A stretch of 64,000 bases of DNA from the human T2T-CHM13v2.0 reference genome, Homo sapiens, in assembly GCF_009914755.1 (NCBI RefSeq), contig NC_060930.1; one strand, given 5' to 3'. The position numbers and the translations under genes are program-made. This document shows positions 1 through 13,900 of the stretch, one piece after another. Within the stretch, counting starts at the first letter, position 1. Each line of letters begins with the position of its first letter. The notes under the pieces were generated by a model. That model searched no databases. It was not told the origin of the DNA and saw only the letters and a list, made by a program, of their open reading frames with translations.

Positions 1-10
1 CTACAATGAG

Positions 11-318
11 TCCCATAATCCCAGCACTTTTTGAGGCCGAGTCAGGTGTTTCACCTGAGGTCAGGAGTTCAAGACCAGCCTGGCCAACATGGTGAAACCC
101 CACCTCTACTAAAAATACAAAAAAAAAATAGCCGGGCATCTTGACACACACCTGTAATCCAGGCTACTCAGGAGGCTGAGGCAGGAGAATGGCTTGAACC
201 TGGGAGGCTTAAGGCAGAGGTGGAGGTGAAGGTTACAGTGAGCCGAGATAGTGCCATTGCATCCAGCCTGGGCAACAAGAGCAAAACTCCATCTCAAAAA
301 ACAAACAAACAAAAACAC
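11..318 (+). mobile_element. Alu (AluSq-like), slightly 5'-truncated, inserted in an L1PB4 3' region
   Basis: Dimeric Alu with A-rich linker (111-129), Sq/Sp-type 'caacaagagcaaaactccatctc', (CAAA)n tail. L1 motif 'acaatgag...atatcat' is split around it. Confidence 0.9.
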
Positions 319-1066
319 ACAAAGAGATATCATTTCATACCAGTCAGAAAATATTTTACATAGTAAATATTTTACATAATAAAATATTATTTTATTATGT
401 AAAAAATAATAATAATAATAACAAATGCTGGTGAGGCTGTAGAGAAACGGGAGTATTTATACACTGTAGGAATGTAAATACTTCACCCACTGTGGAAAGA
501 AGTATGAAGATTTCTCAACGTGCCTAAAATGGAGCTACTATTCAACCCAGCAATGCCATTATTGGGTATATACTCAAAGGAAAATAAATCTCCCCCAAAA
601 GACACATGAACTTGTATATTTATCCCATTATTTGCAATAGGAATCGACCTAGGTGCCCATCAATGGTGGTTTGGACAAAGAAAATGTGGTACATATACAA
701 CATAGAATACTACACAGCCATAAAAAGAGTGACATGATGTCTTTTGCAGCATCATGGCATGCAGCTGGAGGCCATTATCCTAAGCAAATCAATGCAGGAG
801 CAGAAAACCAAATACCATATGTTCTCACTCATAAGTGGGAGCTAAACATTGACTACACATGAATATAAAGATGGAAGCAATGGACAGTGCATACTACTAA
901 AGGGGAGAGAAAGGGAGGGAGGAATGAGTTAAAAACTACCGTTTGGATACTACACTCATTACCTGGGTGACGGGATCATTTGTATCCCAAACTTTAGCAT
1001 CATGCAATATATCCATGTAAGAAACCTGCACGTGTAACATCTGAATTTAAAATAAAAGTTGAAAGT
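319..1066 (+). mobile_element. L1PB4-like LINE-1 3' end (ORF2 C-terminus + 3'UTR)
   Basis: 'gttctcactcataagtgggagctaaacatt...acctgggtgacgggatcatt...aaataaaagttgaaa' resembles the L1PB4 3'UTR; ORF 653-862 is an L1 alternate frame. Confidence 0.85.
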
Positions 1067-1289
1067 ATTTTTTAAAGCAATAAATCTTTCTCTCCCTTTT
1101 AAATCCATGGTTATTTTGTTTTGTGGTCACTTCAGGCTGAGCCAAATCCCAATTAATACATGCTTTAGCATGTGAATTTACACTACAGAAACAAGTGATG
1201 CAACATCTCCACAGTTAAAAGATACATTTCTAGACTTTAGAAGCTCAAATATATCATTTCCATGTGGAGACATAACTGCACTAGACCAC

Positions 1290-1435
1290 TTTCATGAGCG
1301 TCAGAATCACCTGGAGGGCTAGTTAAAACACAGATTGCTGGACTGCACCCACAAATATCTAATTCAGTAGTTCAGGTGGAGCTAAGAATCTGCATTTCTA
1401 ACAGCTTCTCAGGTGATGCTGATACTTCCTGACCA
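1290..1435. mobile_element. MER5A-like hAT-Charlie DNA transposon relic
   Basis: 'cagaatcacctggagggctagttaaaacacagattgctgg...aatctgcatttctaacag...caggtgatgctgat' MER5A core. Confidence 0.8.
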
Positions 1436-1747
1436 TAGAATGCGCACAGTGTCTCACAGCAACATACAACTGCTCCTTACCCTATAATCAGGATATTCTA
1501 ATTTCTAAATGCCATGAAAGGTCGTTTTCAACATCCTCAAATACCTTACCATTCATCTAAGAAGCTCCATACTGTCATTATTTTAAACTGATTACAGCTT
1601 ATAAAAATAGTAAAAGGAATATACTATAATAATGGCAATTTATTTATTGTTTACTGCAAAAGATTTCGCTCAAGTTCTATTTGAGAAATCAGATAAACAA
1701 TAAACAATCAAATTTAGAAAAATTACTACGTAGCATTTTAGTGGGTG

Positions 1748-1908
1748 ATTCATTTCAGAATTACCTAGAGCACTTTTAAAAATGAAGATTCTAGGCCCTA
1801 CCCCACACCTACCAAATCAGAGTATCTGAAGGTGGGGCTTAGGAATCTTTTATCGATCCAGCTCCTCAGAGGATTCTTAAAAACCCAAATGTTTGCTAAT
1901 CACTGACC
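1748..1908. mobile_element. MER5-family DNA transposon relic
   Basis: 'cagaattacctagagcacttttaaaaatgaagattctaggcccta...ggtggggcttaggaatc...ggattct'. Confidence 0.65.
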
Positions 1909-2384
1909 TTGTTGTTGAAGTGTCATCAGAGACACTGGCTCAGACTCAAGGATATTTTCTAGCATGAGTGAGCATAAAACTAATATCCAGAAAGCCTTAC
2001 ATAATGCTGCAGGCAAAAAGAATGATCTGTAACCAGTGGGTTTATTTTAAAAATAAAAATAAAAAAGCTTGAAACCTACTGTAGTAACCAGGGGGAGAGT
2101 TGATGGTGTGAGATAGCAAATAATAACCAAAAGAAATACTCTGAATAATAGAATCTTCTACTGAACACTGTGTTTGAAAGGCATTTTTTCCCACCCAAAT
2201 TCATGCAAATATATGAAATTTGCCCATGTAGACACAAAAGGCATTGTTTCATAGGAGGCCTTTTGAAGAAGACATTAGAGGAGATATACTGAAGAAAAAG
2301 ACACATCCCATTTTTTTCAACACTGCAGAGAGTTACACAGTAGCAAATAGACAAGGAATAAAAACAGAGCCGTCAAAAAGGCTG

Positions 2385-3115
2385 ATTCTACCTTCTTAAT
2401 ATCTCTCCAATCCATTTGCTTATATTGAGTTCCACTCCCCCTATCACAGTTTCAGTCACTAAGTCTCTCCCAGACTACTGCCTCTTAACTCACTTTCCCC
2501 TCTCTGGTCTTACTCACCTCTAATACAATATCCTTCATAATGGCACCAGAATGACTTCTTAGACACAAATCTGATCATGACATCCTACCATTTAAAATAT
2601 GTTGAGCTCCCCATGGTTATAAAGATAAATTCCAAGTTCTGTAGTACAGTAAAACTGGCACTTCAAGATCTCACCCTTTCTTCTTCACTTCATCTCTCAC
2701 CACCACCCTCCCCTTACTTTATATGTGCATCTCATCAAATTACTCGCAGTTTCTCTAATGTGCTCTACTCTCTCATCTCCAGGCCCTTTCCTCTGCCTGG
2801 AAAGCCCTCTCCACACATCTCAACCCACTCAATCCTTTTATCCATGGATATCTCCCCCTCAGCTGTCAGGACTCAGCTCCCATGTCACTCCTTTTAGGAA
2901 GTCTCATCTGACACCTCTATCCTGGCCTGAATTTCCATCATTATTATCTGTGGAGTCATTTTGGATTCATATCTGTGGAGTTCTCTCTCTGTCTCTCTCT
3001 CTCTGTCTCTCTCAGGTACCTGACAATAGGAACTATGTTTTAGACATTGCTGTAGTTTCTGACACATTGCAGGTATCTAAAACATGTTTTTTGAGTGAAT
3101 GAAAAAACGAATGTA
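2385..3115 (+). mobile_element. L2 LINE 3' fragment
   Basis: 'cagaatgacttcttagacacaaatctgatcatgac' and terminal 'ctgacacattgcaggtatctaaaacatgttttttgagtgaatgaa'. Confidence 0.75.
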
Positions 3116-3224
3116 TGAGTACATCTATCAGTGAATTGCAGTTGATAATGTTAAGGCAGAAAGATTTCGTAGTTTCAAAACTGAACATTGAGCAATTGCA
3201 GACAGCTAGACACTTACGGCAATT

Positions 3225-3435
3225 AGTAATAATAGCAGGTAGTACTTTTATCATGTTTACAAGTGCCAGGCACAATCTCCATTTGTATGGATAGCCTCTA
3301 AAGTAATTACTTTTGTTATCCCTACTTTACATACTAGGTAAAAGAGGCACAACACAGTTACATAACTTGCCTGAAGTTAGTAACTGGTAGAGTTGAAAAT
3401 ACAGTCTAGCCCCAGAGTTCATACTCTTAGCCACT
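3225..3435 (-). mobile_element. MIR SINE
   Basis: 'gtgccaggcac...gaggcacaacacagttacataacttgcctgaag...cccagagttcatactcttagccac' = MIR core, reverse strand. Confidence 0.65.
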
Positions 3436-5615
3436 CCGTATGATAGACATGAGGGGATGAGCTGCAATACCAGGAAGCCACCAGACCAGCAGGGCATGGG
3501 GACATCATTATGAGAAATGGAAGCAGTCGAGGTGCACCAAAAGGAAATGCAGACCCAGTATATTTGGAGAAATGTATTTCCAAGAACGTAGCCTGACTCC
3601 AGTGCTGTTTTTCAGATTTCATTCATTCTTTTTCACTTCCCTCTTCCTTTTCCATTGTTCTTAATACACACCGTAATGAATAAAATTGCTTTCCTAATCC
3701 GATATTCTAAACTGCAAATCCATGCAGTAGGAACCATTCCTGGATGACTACTTACCCTGGATAGACTTTCTACCCTTTTTACTGAGTGATTTCATGAACC
3801 ATTAAGCAGTGATGTCTTGAAGAAAACAAAATAGCAGGGAGTTTGCCTTGATGCTCACTCCACCCACCTTTCAGGATCTGCCTGTTTCAGAGTCTTCACT
3901 CAATCAAAACACTGCTGTTCCCACAAGTCACAATAGTATCTCATATTCCAGGTGTTTTTTGTTGGGCTTCAGTTAGCTTCCACTCTTTTCAATACTTGCT
4001 TATTAGACAGATAGCTTCAAATTCCTATTTTAAAAAGTTTCCAGTTATCTAGATTTGAGGAAGCAACCAGATGAGTATGGCATATGGACCTTAAAAGTAA
4101 AGTCATTGGCAGAGAACAAGGCAAACCAAAAGATAAATGCAGGAAGAATTGCCTCAGAAGCATTTTTGGACTCAATCATGTATACAGTCTCAGCAGTAGG
4201 CTGTTATTCAGGTACTAACTAGTCAGCACTTTCCAATGCCACACATCCAGCTGGTCTATTACAGGCAGCCCCAGGCCGGAAAGAGATGCAGTCTACCTAA
4301 TTAACTTAGATAACCCAGTTTCTCTACCTCCTGCTCTCTCACCTGCTTTCCAGGTTTCTGTTTTGGCAAAATCTTCAGCATTGCCCTGGCTGAGCTCTCA
4401 GCTGAAAATGGCAGTTCTGTCAGTCTTGGCTCCTTCCCACACATGCCTAAAATGGGTCTCAAATACTGTATCCAATTCACTACCTGGCTTCTCTGTTTCC
4501 CTTCATTTCTGTGATTTCAGAACTTTTATGACTTCTGCCAGGATGGATACATCAATAGAAGAGTTTTCTTGCTAAAGCTTAACTACACTGGTGATTTCAG
4601 TTTAAGCTTCCTTTAACTTTTTGTGAACCCTATACAGTTTATGTCACATTGTGGACTCAGTGCCTGTCTAAAAGTTATGAGTTTAAAATGTTTCATTAGT
4701 CATTGTCAAGAAGAGACACTGGAACTGACGAGAAGAAACCATCAGATTAAGGAACCCCATAATGAGGGGTACTGGGACATGGTTCCTATTGAGATAGCAT
4801 CTCTTAAAATATCTTATGGATTTCCTGATTTAACTGTCACCAGGCCCACCAGGGCCTCTTATATAGTTCTGTCAATGCATACAGAAAAATTACCAAAGTG
4901 GTGAGTTTTTAGTTTTTTCAAATTACCCATATGATGGTATTGATATTACTCATGGTTTAAATTACTTTAAATGTCAATATTGATTTTGAGATTTTTTATT
5001 ATCAGTATCAATTAATTTGGGATTATAAAATTCAACCTTTCATTTACTACTGAGATGTATTTCACTGATCTTTCTGTGAAACAGTTCATTTCCCTTTCCT
5101 AGTCCCACAGGGTAAAACAAAAACCTACATAATGAATGGAAATATTTCTCTCATCACACTGGTTACCCTCTTAGAAACTATCATCTCTTTAAAGTCTACA
5201 CTTCGAAAAATCTCTTTGTTTTAAAGTTCAAAGTGAATTCATCAGAGAGGATGCCAGCTTGGAGCAGAGGGCAATAAACACCTCTTAATCCACAGACAAG
5301 GAAAGGCATTAATTATAACAGAACAGTGCAAACCTCTCTAGTCTGCTTCAAAAGCATCTCACATTTCGTTTCCACGGGGATACAATCTAAGATTCTGCAT
5401 TCATATTTTGGTTCCTGTTGTTGAGAAGAGAATTATAATAGCCAGCAACATTTCTCAGGCTAAATCTATCAAAAGTTTATTCTAGCAAAAGTAACATATG
5501 ATAGATTTAACCAGAAGCACAGACACCTTTCACACACACAGACACACGCACAAACTCTCTAGGTCTTGATACTGATAAAATATGTATTAATATATTCTCA
5601 TGCATATAATTCCAT

Positions 5616-6405
5616 TTTTTAAAATTGATATATAATCATTGTACATATTTTGAGGATACATGTGTTATTGTGGTAACTGTTTACAATGTATAATGATCAA
5701 ATCAGGGTAATTGAGATATCCATCACCTCAAACATTTATCTTGTCTTCATGTTAGAAAGATTACAGTTCTTCTCTTCTATTTTGAGATATACAATAAATT
5801 ATTATTAATAATTTCCCTTGTATAGTAGTTCAAATAGTAGAACTTATTCCTTCTCTATAACTGTGTTGTTGTATCACTTAACCAAGTTTTCTTCATCCTT
5901 TTCTCTCCCTTCCCTTCTCAGCCTCTGATAATCACCATTATACTCTCTATCTCCATCTCTGTGAAATCCACATTTGTAGCTCCCGCATATCGGTGAGAAC
6001 ATATGATATTTGTCTTTCTTTGCCAGGCTTATTTCACTTAATATAATGTCCTTCAGTTCCATCTATGTTGCTGCAAAAGACAGATTTTCATTCTGGTTTA
6101 GGGCTGAATAATGTGTTTATATATGACATTTTCTTTATCCACTCACCCATTGATGAACACTTAGGTTGATTCCATAGCTTCGCTATTGTGTTGTGCTGCA
6201 ACACAGATACCTCTACAATATATTGATTTCCTTTCTTTTGGATATATACTCGGTAGTGGGATTGATAGATCATATGGTAGCTCCATTTTTAGTTTTTTGA
6301 GGAAACTCCATATTATTTTTCAAAATGGCTGTGCTATTTTAGAAACATTTTACGAGTGCTCCCCTTTCTCAGCTTCCTCACCAGCATTTGTTACTTTTTG
6401 TCTTT
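5616..6405 (-). mobile_element. L1MA (L1MA4/5-like) 3' end; outermost host of the nested stack
   Basis: 'aatgatcaaatcagggtaattgagatatccatcacctcaaacatttatc'; ORFs 5874-6062 and 6088-6273 are L1 ORF2 C-terminal remnants. Confidence 0.8.
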
Positions 6406-6950
6406 TTTTATGTTTAATTTTTGTGGGTACATAGAAGGCACACATATTTAAAGGTTACATGAGTTGTTTCAATACAGGCATGCAATACATAATAATCGCA
6501 TCAGAGTAAATTATACCTATCGTGTTAAGTATTTTATCCTTTGTGTTACAAACAATTTAATTATACTTTTTCGTTATTTTAAATTTTACAATTAAATTAT
6601 TTTTGACTGTAGTGACCCTGTTGTGTTAGCATACTAGATATTATTCATTTTTGCTAGCTATCTTTTTGTACCCATTAACCATCCTCAACTTCTCATCACC
6701 CCCTCACTTCCCTTCCCAGCCTCTGGTAACCATCATTATACTCTTTATCTCCATGAGTTCAACAGTTTTCATTTTTAGTTCCCACAAGTAACTGAGAACA
6801 TGTAAAGTTTGTCTTTCTGTGCATGGCTTATTTCACTTAACATAATGACTTCCAGTTTCACCTATGATGTTGCAAATGACAGGATCTCATTCTTTTTAAT
6901 GGCTGAATAGTACTCCATTGTGTATATGTACCACATTTTCTTTATCCATT

Positions 6951-9191
6951 TGTATTAGTTCATTTTTATACTGTTATGAAGAAATACCCAAGACTTAGTA
7001 ATTTACAAAGAAAAAGAGGTTTAATGCACTCACAGTTCCACATGGCTGGGAAGGCCTTATAATCATGGCAGAAGGTGAAGGAGGAGCAAAGGCATGTCTT
7101 ACATGGCAGCTGGCAAGAGATCATGTGCAGGAGAGCTGCTCTGTGTAAAACCATCAAATCTCGTGAGACTTATTCACTATCTTGAGAACAGCATGGGAAA
7201 TACCTGCCTACATGATTGAATTACCTCCCACTGGGTCCCTCCCACACCATGTGGGGATTATGGAAGCTAGAATTCAGTATGAGATTTGGGTGGGGACACA
7301 ATCAAACCATATCATTCCACCCCTGGCCCCTCCCAAATATTATGTCCTCACATGTCAAAATCAATCATGCCTTCCCAACAGTTCCCCAAAGCCTTAACTT
7401 GTTTCAGCATTAACTCAAAAGTCCGCAGTTCAAAGTCTCATCTGAGACAAGACAAATACTTTATGCGTATAAGCCTGTAAAATCAAAAGCAAGTTACTTC
7501 CTAGGTACAATGGGGGTACAGGCAGTGGGTAAATACAGCCATTCCAAATGGGAGAAATTCACCAAAACGAAGGGGCTACAGTCCCCTTGCAAGTCTGAAA
7601 TCCAATGGGGCAGTCAAATCTTAAAGCTCCAAAATGACCTCCTTTGACTCTATGTCTCACATTCAGGTCATACTGATACAAGAGTTTGGCTCCCACAGAC
7701 TTTGGCAGCTCTGCCCCTGTGGCTTTGCAGGGTATATCCCCCCTCTGTCTGCTTTCGTCTCTGCAGATTTTCCAGGCGCACAGTGCAAGCTGTCAGCGGA
7801 TCTACCATTCTAGGGTCTGGAGGAGAGTAGCCCTGTTTTCACAGTTCCACTAGGCAGTGCCCCAGTGGGAATTCTGTGTGGGGGTTCCCACCCCACATTT
7901 CTCTTCCACACTGCCCTAGTAGAAGTTCTCCATGAGTGCTCCTCCCCTGTGGCAAGCTTTTGCCTGGACATCCAGGTGTTTACATACAACCTCTGAAATC
8001 TAGACAGAAGTTCCCAAACCTCCATTCTTGATTTCTGTGCACCTGCAGGCTCAACACCACATGGGAGCTGCCAAGGTTTGGGGCTTGCACCCTCTGAAGC
8101 CACAGCCCAAGCTGTACCTTGGTCCCTTTTAGCCATGACTAGAGAAGCCGGGACGCAGGACACCAAGTCACTAGGCTGCACATTGCAGGGGGGCCCTGGG
8201 CCTGGCCCATGAAACCATGTTTTCCTCCTAGGCCTCTGGTCCTCTGATGGGGGGGGCTGCTGCAAAGGTCTCTGACACGCCCTGGAGACATTTCCCCCAT
8301 TGTCTTGGGGATTAACATTCAGCTCCTTGTTACTTATGCAAATTTCTTCAGCAGGCTTGAATTTCTCCCCAGGAAATGGGGTTTTCTTTTCCACTGCATT
8401 TTCAGGCTGCAAATTTTCCAAACTTCTGTGCTATGCTTCCTATTGAATGCTTTGCCACTTAGAAATTTCTTCCACCAGATACCCTAAATTATCTCTCTTA
8501 AGTTCAAAGTTCCACAGATCTCTAGGGCAGGTGCAAAATACTGTCAATTTCTTTGCTAAAGCATATCAAGAGTCACCTTTGCTCTAGTTCTCAACAAGTT
8601 CCTCATTTCCATCTGAGACCACCTCAGCCTGGACTTTATTGTCCCTATCACTACCAGCATTTTGGTCAAAGCCATTTAACAAGTCTCTAGGAAGTTCCAA
8701 ACTTTCCCACGTCTTTCCATCTTCTTCTGTGCCTTCCAAACTGTTCAAACTTCTGCCTGCTACCCAGTTCCAAAGTCGCTTCCACATTTTCAGGTGTCTT
8801 AAGAGCAGTACCCCACTCTACCAGTACCAATTTACTGTATTAGCCCATTTTCATGCTGTTACGAAGAAATACCTGAGACAGGGTAATTTATAAAGAAAAA
8901 GAAGTTTAATGGACTCACAGTTCTACATGGCTGAGGAGGCATCCCAATCATGGCGGAAGGCAAAGGAGGAGCAAAGGCACGTATTACATGGAGGAAGGCA
9001 AGAGAGCATGAGCAGGGGAACAATCCTTTATAAAACCATCAGATCTCATGAGACTTATTCACTATCATGAGAACAGCATGGGAAAACCCCACCCCTGGAA
9101 CCTCCCACCAGGTCCCTGCTAAGACCTGTGAGGATTATGGAAGCTACAATTCAAGATGAAATTTGAGTGAGGACACAGCCAAACCATATCA
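6951..9191 (-). mobile_element. Full-length THE1C (MaLR): LTR 6951-7314, internal 7315-8835, LTR 8836-9191; 5-bp TSD CCATT
   Basis: Two direct ~360-bp repeats bounded by TG...CA ('tgtattag...aaccatatca'); CCATT at 6946-6950 and 9192-9196; THE1-type internal sequence. Confidence 0.93.
7810..8421 (-). pseudogene. THE1 internal ORF remnant (203 aa)
   Basis: ENLQP..AVEKK.PF.GEKFKPA.EICISN.E.NVNPQDNG.NVSRACQR is the typical MaLR/THE1-int translation; non-ATG start. Confidence 0.8.
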
Positions 9192-10600
9192 CCATTCATC
9201 TGCTGGATGAATGAACACTTACATTGCTTAAAAATCTTGGTTATTGTGAATAGTGCTGCAATAAACATGGGAGTGCAGATATTTCTTTGATATACTAATT
9301 TCCTTTCTTTTGGGTATATACCTAAGAGTAGGATTGCTGGATTGTATGGTAGTTTTACTTTTAGTTTTTTTAGGAACCTCCTAATGTTCTCCATAGTGGT
9401 TGTACTAATTTAAATTCCCTTTACAGTGGACAAGAGTTCTTTTTTCTCCTCATTCTCCTCAGCATGCATTATTGCCTGACTTTTGGGTAAAAGCCGTTTT
9501 AACTAGGGTGAGATGATATCTCATTGTAGCTTTGATTTGCATTTCTCTGATGATCAGTGGTGTTGAACACCTTTTCGTATACCTGCCTGTCATTTCTATG
9601 TCTTCTTTTGAGAAATGTCTATTCAGATCTTTTCCCCATTTTTCAATCAGATTATTAAATTTTTACCTATAGAGTTGTTTGAGTTCTATACATTCTGGTT
9701 TGAATTTCTTGTCAGATGAGTAGTTTGCAAATATTTTCTTCCATTCTGTGGATTGCCTCTTTATTTTTAAAATTATTGTCTTTGCTTTGCAGAAGGTTTT
9801 TTACCTAATCCCATTTGTTCACTTTTGCTTTGGCTGCCTGTGCTTGTAGGGTATTACTCAAGAAATGTTTACCTACTCCACTGTCCTGGAGAGGTTCCCC
9901 AATTTTTTCTTTTAGTATTTTCATAGTTCGATATCTTATATTTAAGTCTTTAATACATTTTGATTTGATTTTTTATTACAGGAAGAGATAGGGGTCCAGT
10001 TTCACTCATCTGCATATGGATATCCTATTTCCCAGATCCATTTACTGAAGAGACTGTCTTTCCCCAATATAGGTTCTTGACACTTTTGTCAAAAATGAGC
10101 TCATTGTATATGTATGGATTTATTTCTGGATTCTCTATTCCATTCTACTGGTCTATGTGTCTGTCTTTATGTCAGTACCATGTCATTTTGGTTACTATAG
10201 CTTTGCAGTATAATTGGAAGTCAAGTAATGTGATTACTCCGGTTGTTTTGTTTGTTTGGTTTTTTGTTTGTTTTTACTTAGGATAACTTTGGATATTTGT
10301 GGTATTTTGTGGTTCCATATAAATTTTAGGGTTGTTTTTTCTATTTCTGCAAAGAATGTCATGGGTAATTTGACAGGCATTGCATTGAATCTATAGATTG
10401 CTTTGGGTAGTAGGGACATTTTAACAATATTAATTCTTCTAATCCATGAACATGGAATATCTTTCTATTTTTGTGTCTTCTTCAATTTCTTGCATCAATG
10501 TCTTATCATTTTTATTGCAGAGATCTTTCACTTCTTTGCTTAAGTTAATTCCTTAATATTTAATTTTATTTATAGCTATTGCAAATAGGATTATTTTCTT

Positions 10601-10943
<343 letters not shown>

Positions 10944-11329
10944 TAGCTGTTGGCATATAAAAATGCTACATTTTTATTTTTTATTTCAGTAGTTTTTGAG
11001 GTACGGCTGGTTTTTGGCTGCACGGATCAGTTTCTTAGTGGTAATTTCTGAGATTTTGGTGCACCTGTCACCTGAGCAGTTTACACTGTACCAAATGTGT
11101 AGCCTTTTATCTCTTACCCCTTTCGTACCCTTCCCCCCGAGTTCCCAAAGTCCATTATATCATTCTTACACCTTTGCATCCTCATAGCTTAACTCCCACT
11201 TATGAGTGAGAACAAATAATATTTCCTTTTCCATTCCTGAGTTATTTCACTTAGAATAATGTATTGCAGCTCCATCCAAGTCGCTGCAAAGACGTTTTTT
11301 TTCTTTTTTATGGCTGAGTAGTATTCCAT

Positions 11330-11331
<2 letters not shown>

Positions 11332-11374
<43 letters not shown>
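11332..11374. repeat. (GT)n microsatellite, ~21 units, inside L1PB
   Basis: Direct reading. Confidence 0.95.
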
Positions 11375-11377
<3 letters not shown>

Positions 11378-12760
11378 CACCACATTTTCTTTATTCACTT
11401 GTTGTTCAATGGGCACTTAGGTTAATTCCATATTTTTGCAATTGGAAATTGAGCTGCTATAAACATGTGCATGTGTCTTTTTCATATAATGACTTCTTTT
11501 TCTTTGGGTACATACCCAGTAGTGGGACTGCTGAATTGAATGGTAGTTCTACTTTTAGTTCTTTAAGGACTCTCCATACTGTTTTCTGTAGAGGTTGTAT
11601 TAGTTTACATTCCAACCAGCAGTGTAAAAGTGTTCCCTTTCCATGACATCTATGTCAATATTTATTTTTTTACTTTTTAATTATGGCAATTCTTGCAGGA
11701 GTAAGATGGTATCTCACTGTGGTTTTAATTTGCATTTTCCTGATAATTAGTAATGATGTTGAGCTATTTTTATGTGTATATTGTCTTTTAAGGATTGCTT
11801 ATTTATGTCCTTTGTCCACTTTTTGATGAAATTGTTTTTTTCTTGACAATTTGTTTGAGTTCCTTGTAGATTTTGGATATTAATCTTTTGTCAGATGCAT
11901 AGTTTGTGAATATTTTGTCCCACCTTGTGGGTTGTCTATTTCCTCTGTCGTTTATTTCTTTTGCTATGTGGAAGCTAATGAGGTCCCATTTATTTATTTT
12001 TGTTTTTGTTGCATTTTCTTTTGGGGTCTTAGTTATGAATTTTTTGAATAAGTCAATGTCTGAAAGAGGTTTTCCAATGTTATCTTCTAGAGTTTTATGG
12101 TTTTAGGTCTTAGATTTAAGTATTTGATTCATCTTGAGTTGATTTTGTTATAAGGTGACAGATGAGGCATCCAGTTTCATTCTTCTACATGTGGTTAGCC
12201 AGTTTTCCCAGAACCATTTTGAAGTGGATGTCATTTTCCCAATTTATGTTTTTGTATGCTTTGTAGATCAATTGGCTGCAAGTACCTGGCTTTATTGCTG
12301 GGTTCTCTATTCTGTTCCATTGGTCTACATGCTATTTTTATACAAGTACCATGCTGTTTTGGTGACTATAGCCTTGTAATATAATTTGAAGCCAAATAAT
12401 GTGATGCCTCCAGATTTGTTCTTATTTCTTAGTATTACTTTTGTTGTTTGGGCACTTTTTTGGTTTCATATGTATTGTAGAATTGTTTTTTCTAGTTCTG
12501 TGGAAAATGTTGATGATATTTTGATGGGAATTGTATTAAATCTGTAGATTGCTTTGGGAAGTGTGGTCATTTTCACAATATTGATTCTACCCATTCATAA
12601 GCATGGGATTGTTTTTATTTGTTTATTTCATCTATGATTTCTTTCAGCAGTATTTTGTAGTTTCCTTTGTAGAGATATTTTGCCTCCTTGGTTAAATATA
12701 TTCCTAAGTTTGTTTGTTTGTTTGCTTTTTTGCAGCTGTTGTAAAAGAGATTGAGGTCTT

Positions 12761-13900
12761 TTTTTAATTTTAATTTTTTTTAAGTTCTTGGGTACAGGTA
12801 CAGGATGTGCAGGTTTGTTATATAGGTAAACGTGTGCCATGGTGATTTGCTGCGCTTATCAACCCATCACCTATTAACCCAGCATGCATCAGCTATTTTT
12901 CCTGATGCTCTCCCTCCCACCCACCCCACCCCCCAACAGGCCCCAGTGTGTGTTGTTCTCCTCCCTGTGTCTATTGTTCTCATTGTTCAGCTCCCACTTA
13001 TAAGTGAGAACATGCCGTGTTTGGTATTCTGTTCCTGGGTTAGTTTGCTGAGGATAACGGCTTCCAGCTCCAACAATGTCCCTGCAAGGGACATAATCTC
13101 ATTCCTTTTTATGGCTGCATAGTATTCCATGGTGTATTTTACCATATTTTCCTTATCCAGTCTATCACTAATGGCCATTTTGGTTGATTCCATGTCTTTG
13201 CTATTGTGAATAGTACTGCAATGAACATATACATGCATGTATCTTTGTAATAGAATGACTCATATTCCTTTGGGTATATACCCAGTAATGAGATTGCTGG
13301 GTCAAATGGTAATTCTGGTTCTGGATGTTTGATGAATCATCACACCATCTTCCACAGTGGTTTTACTAATTTGCATTCCCACCAACAGTGTAAAAGCTTT
13401 CCTATTTCTCCCCAGCGATGCCAGGATCTGTTGTGTTTTGACTTTCCAATAATCATCATTCTGACTTGTGTGAGATAGTATCTCCTTGTGGTTTTGATTT
13501 GCATTTTTCTAATGATCAGTGACATTGAGCTTTATTTCATATGTTTGTTTACCTCATGAATGTCTTCTTTTGAGAAGTGTCTGTCCATGTTCTTTGCCCA
13601 CTTTTTAATTAGGTTGTTTGTTTTTTCTTATGAATTTGTTTAGTTTCCTTGTAGGTTCTAGATATTAAACCATTATGACATGGACATATTGCAAAATTTT
13701 TCTCACTCTGTAGGTTGCTTGTTCCCTCTGATGATAGTTTCTTTTGCTATGCAGAAGCTCTTTAGTTTAATTAGATCCCATTTGTCAAATTTTGCTTTTG
13801 TTGCAATTGCTTTTGGTGATTTCACCAGGAAATCTTTGCCTGTGCTTATGTCATGAATGGTATTGCCTAGATTTCCTTCTAGGGTTTTTATAGTTTTGGT
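12761..13900 (-). mobile_element. 5'-truncated L1PA (L1PA8A-PA11-like), TSD ATTGAGGTCTT
   Basis: 3'UTR 'caggatgtgcaggtttgttatataggtaaacgtgtgccatgg...cctgatgctctccctcc'; TSD 12750-12760 and 13901-13911. Confidence 0.88.
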
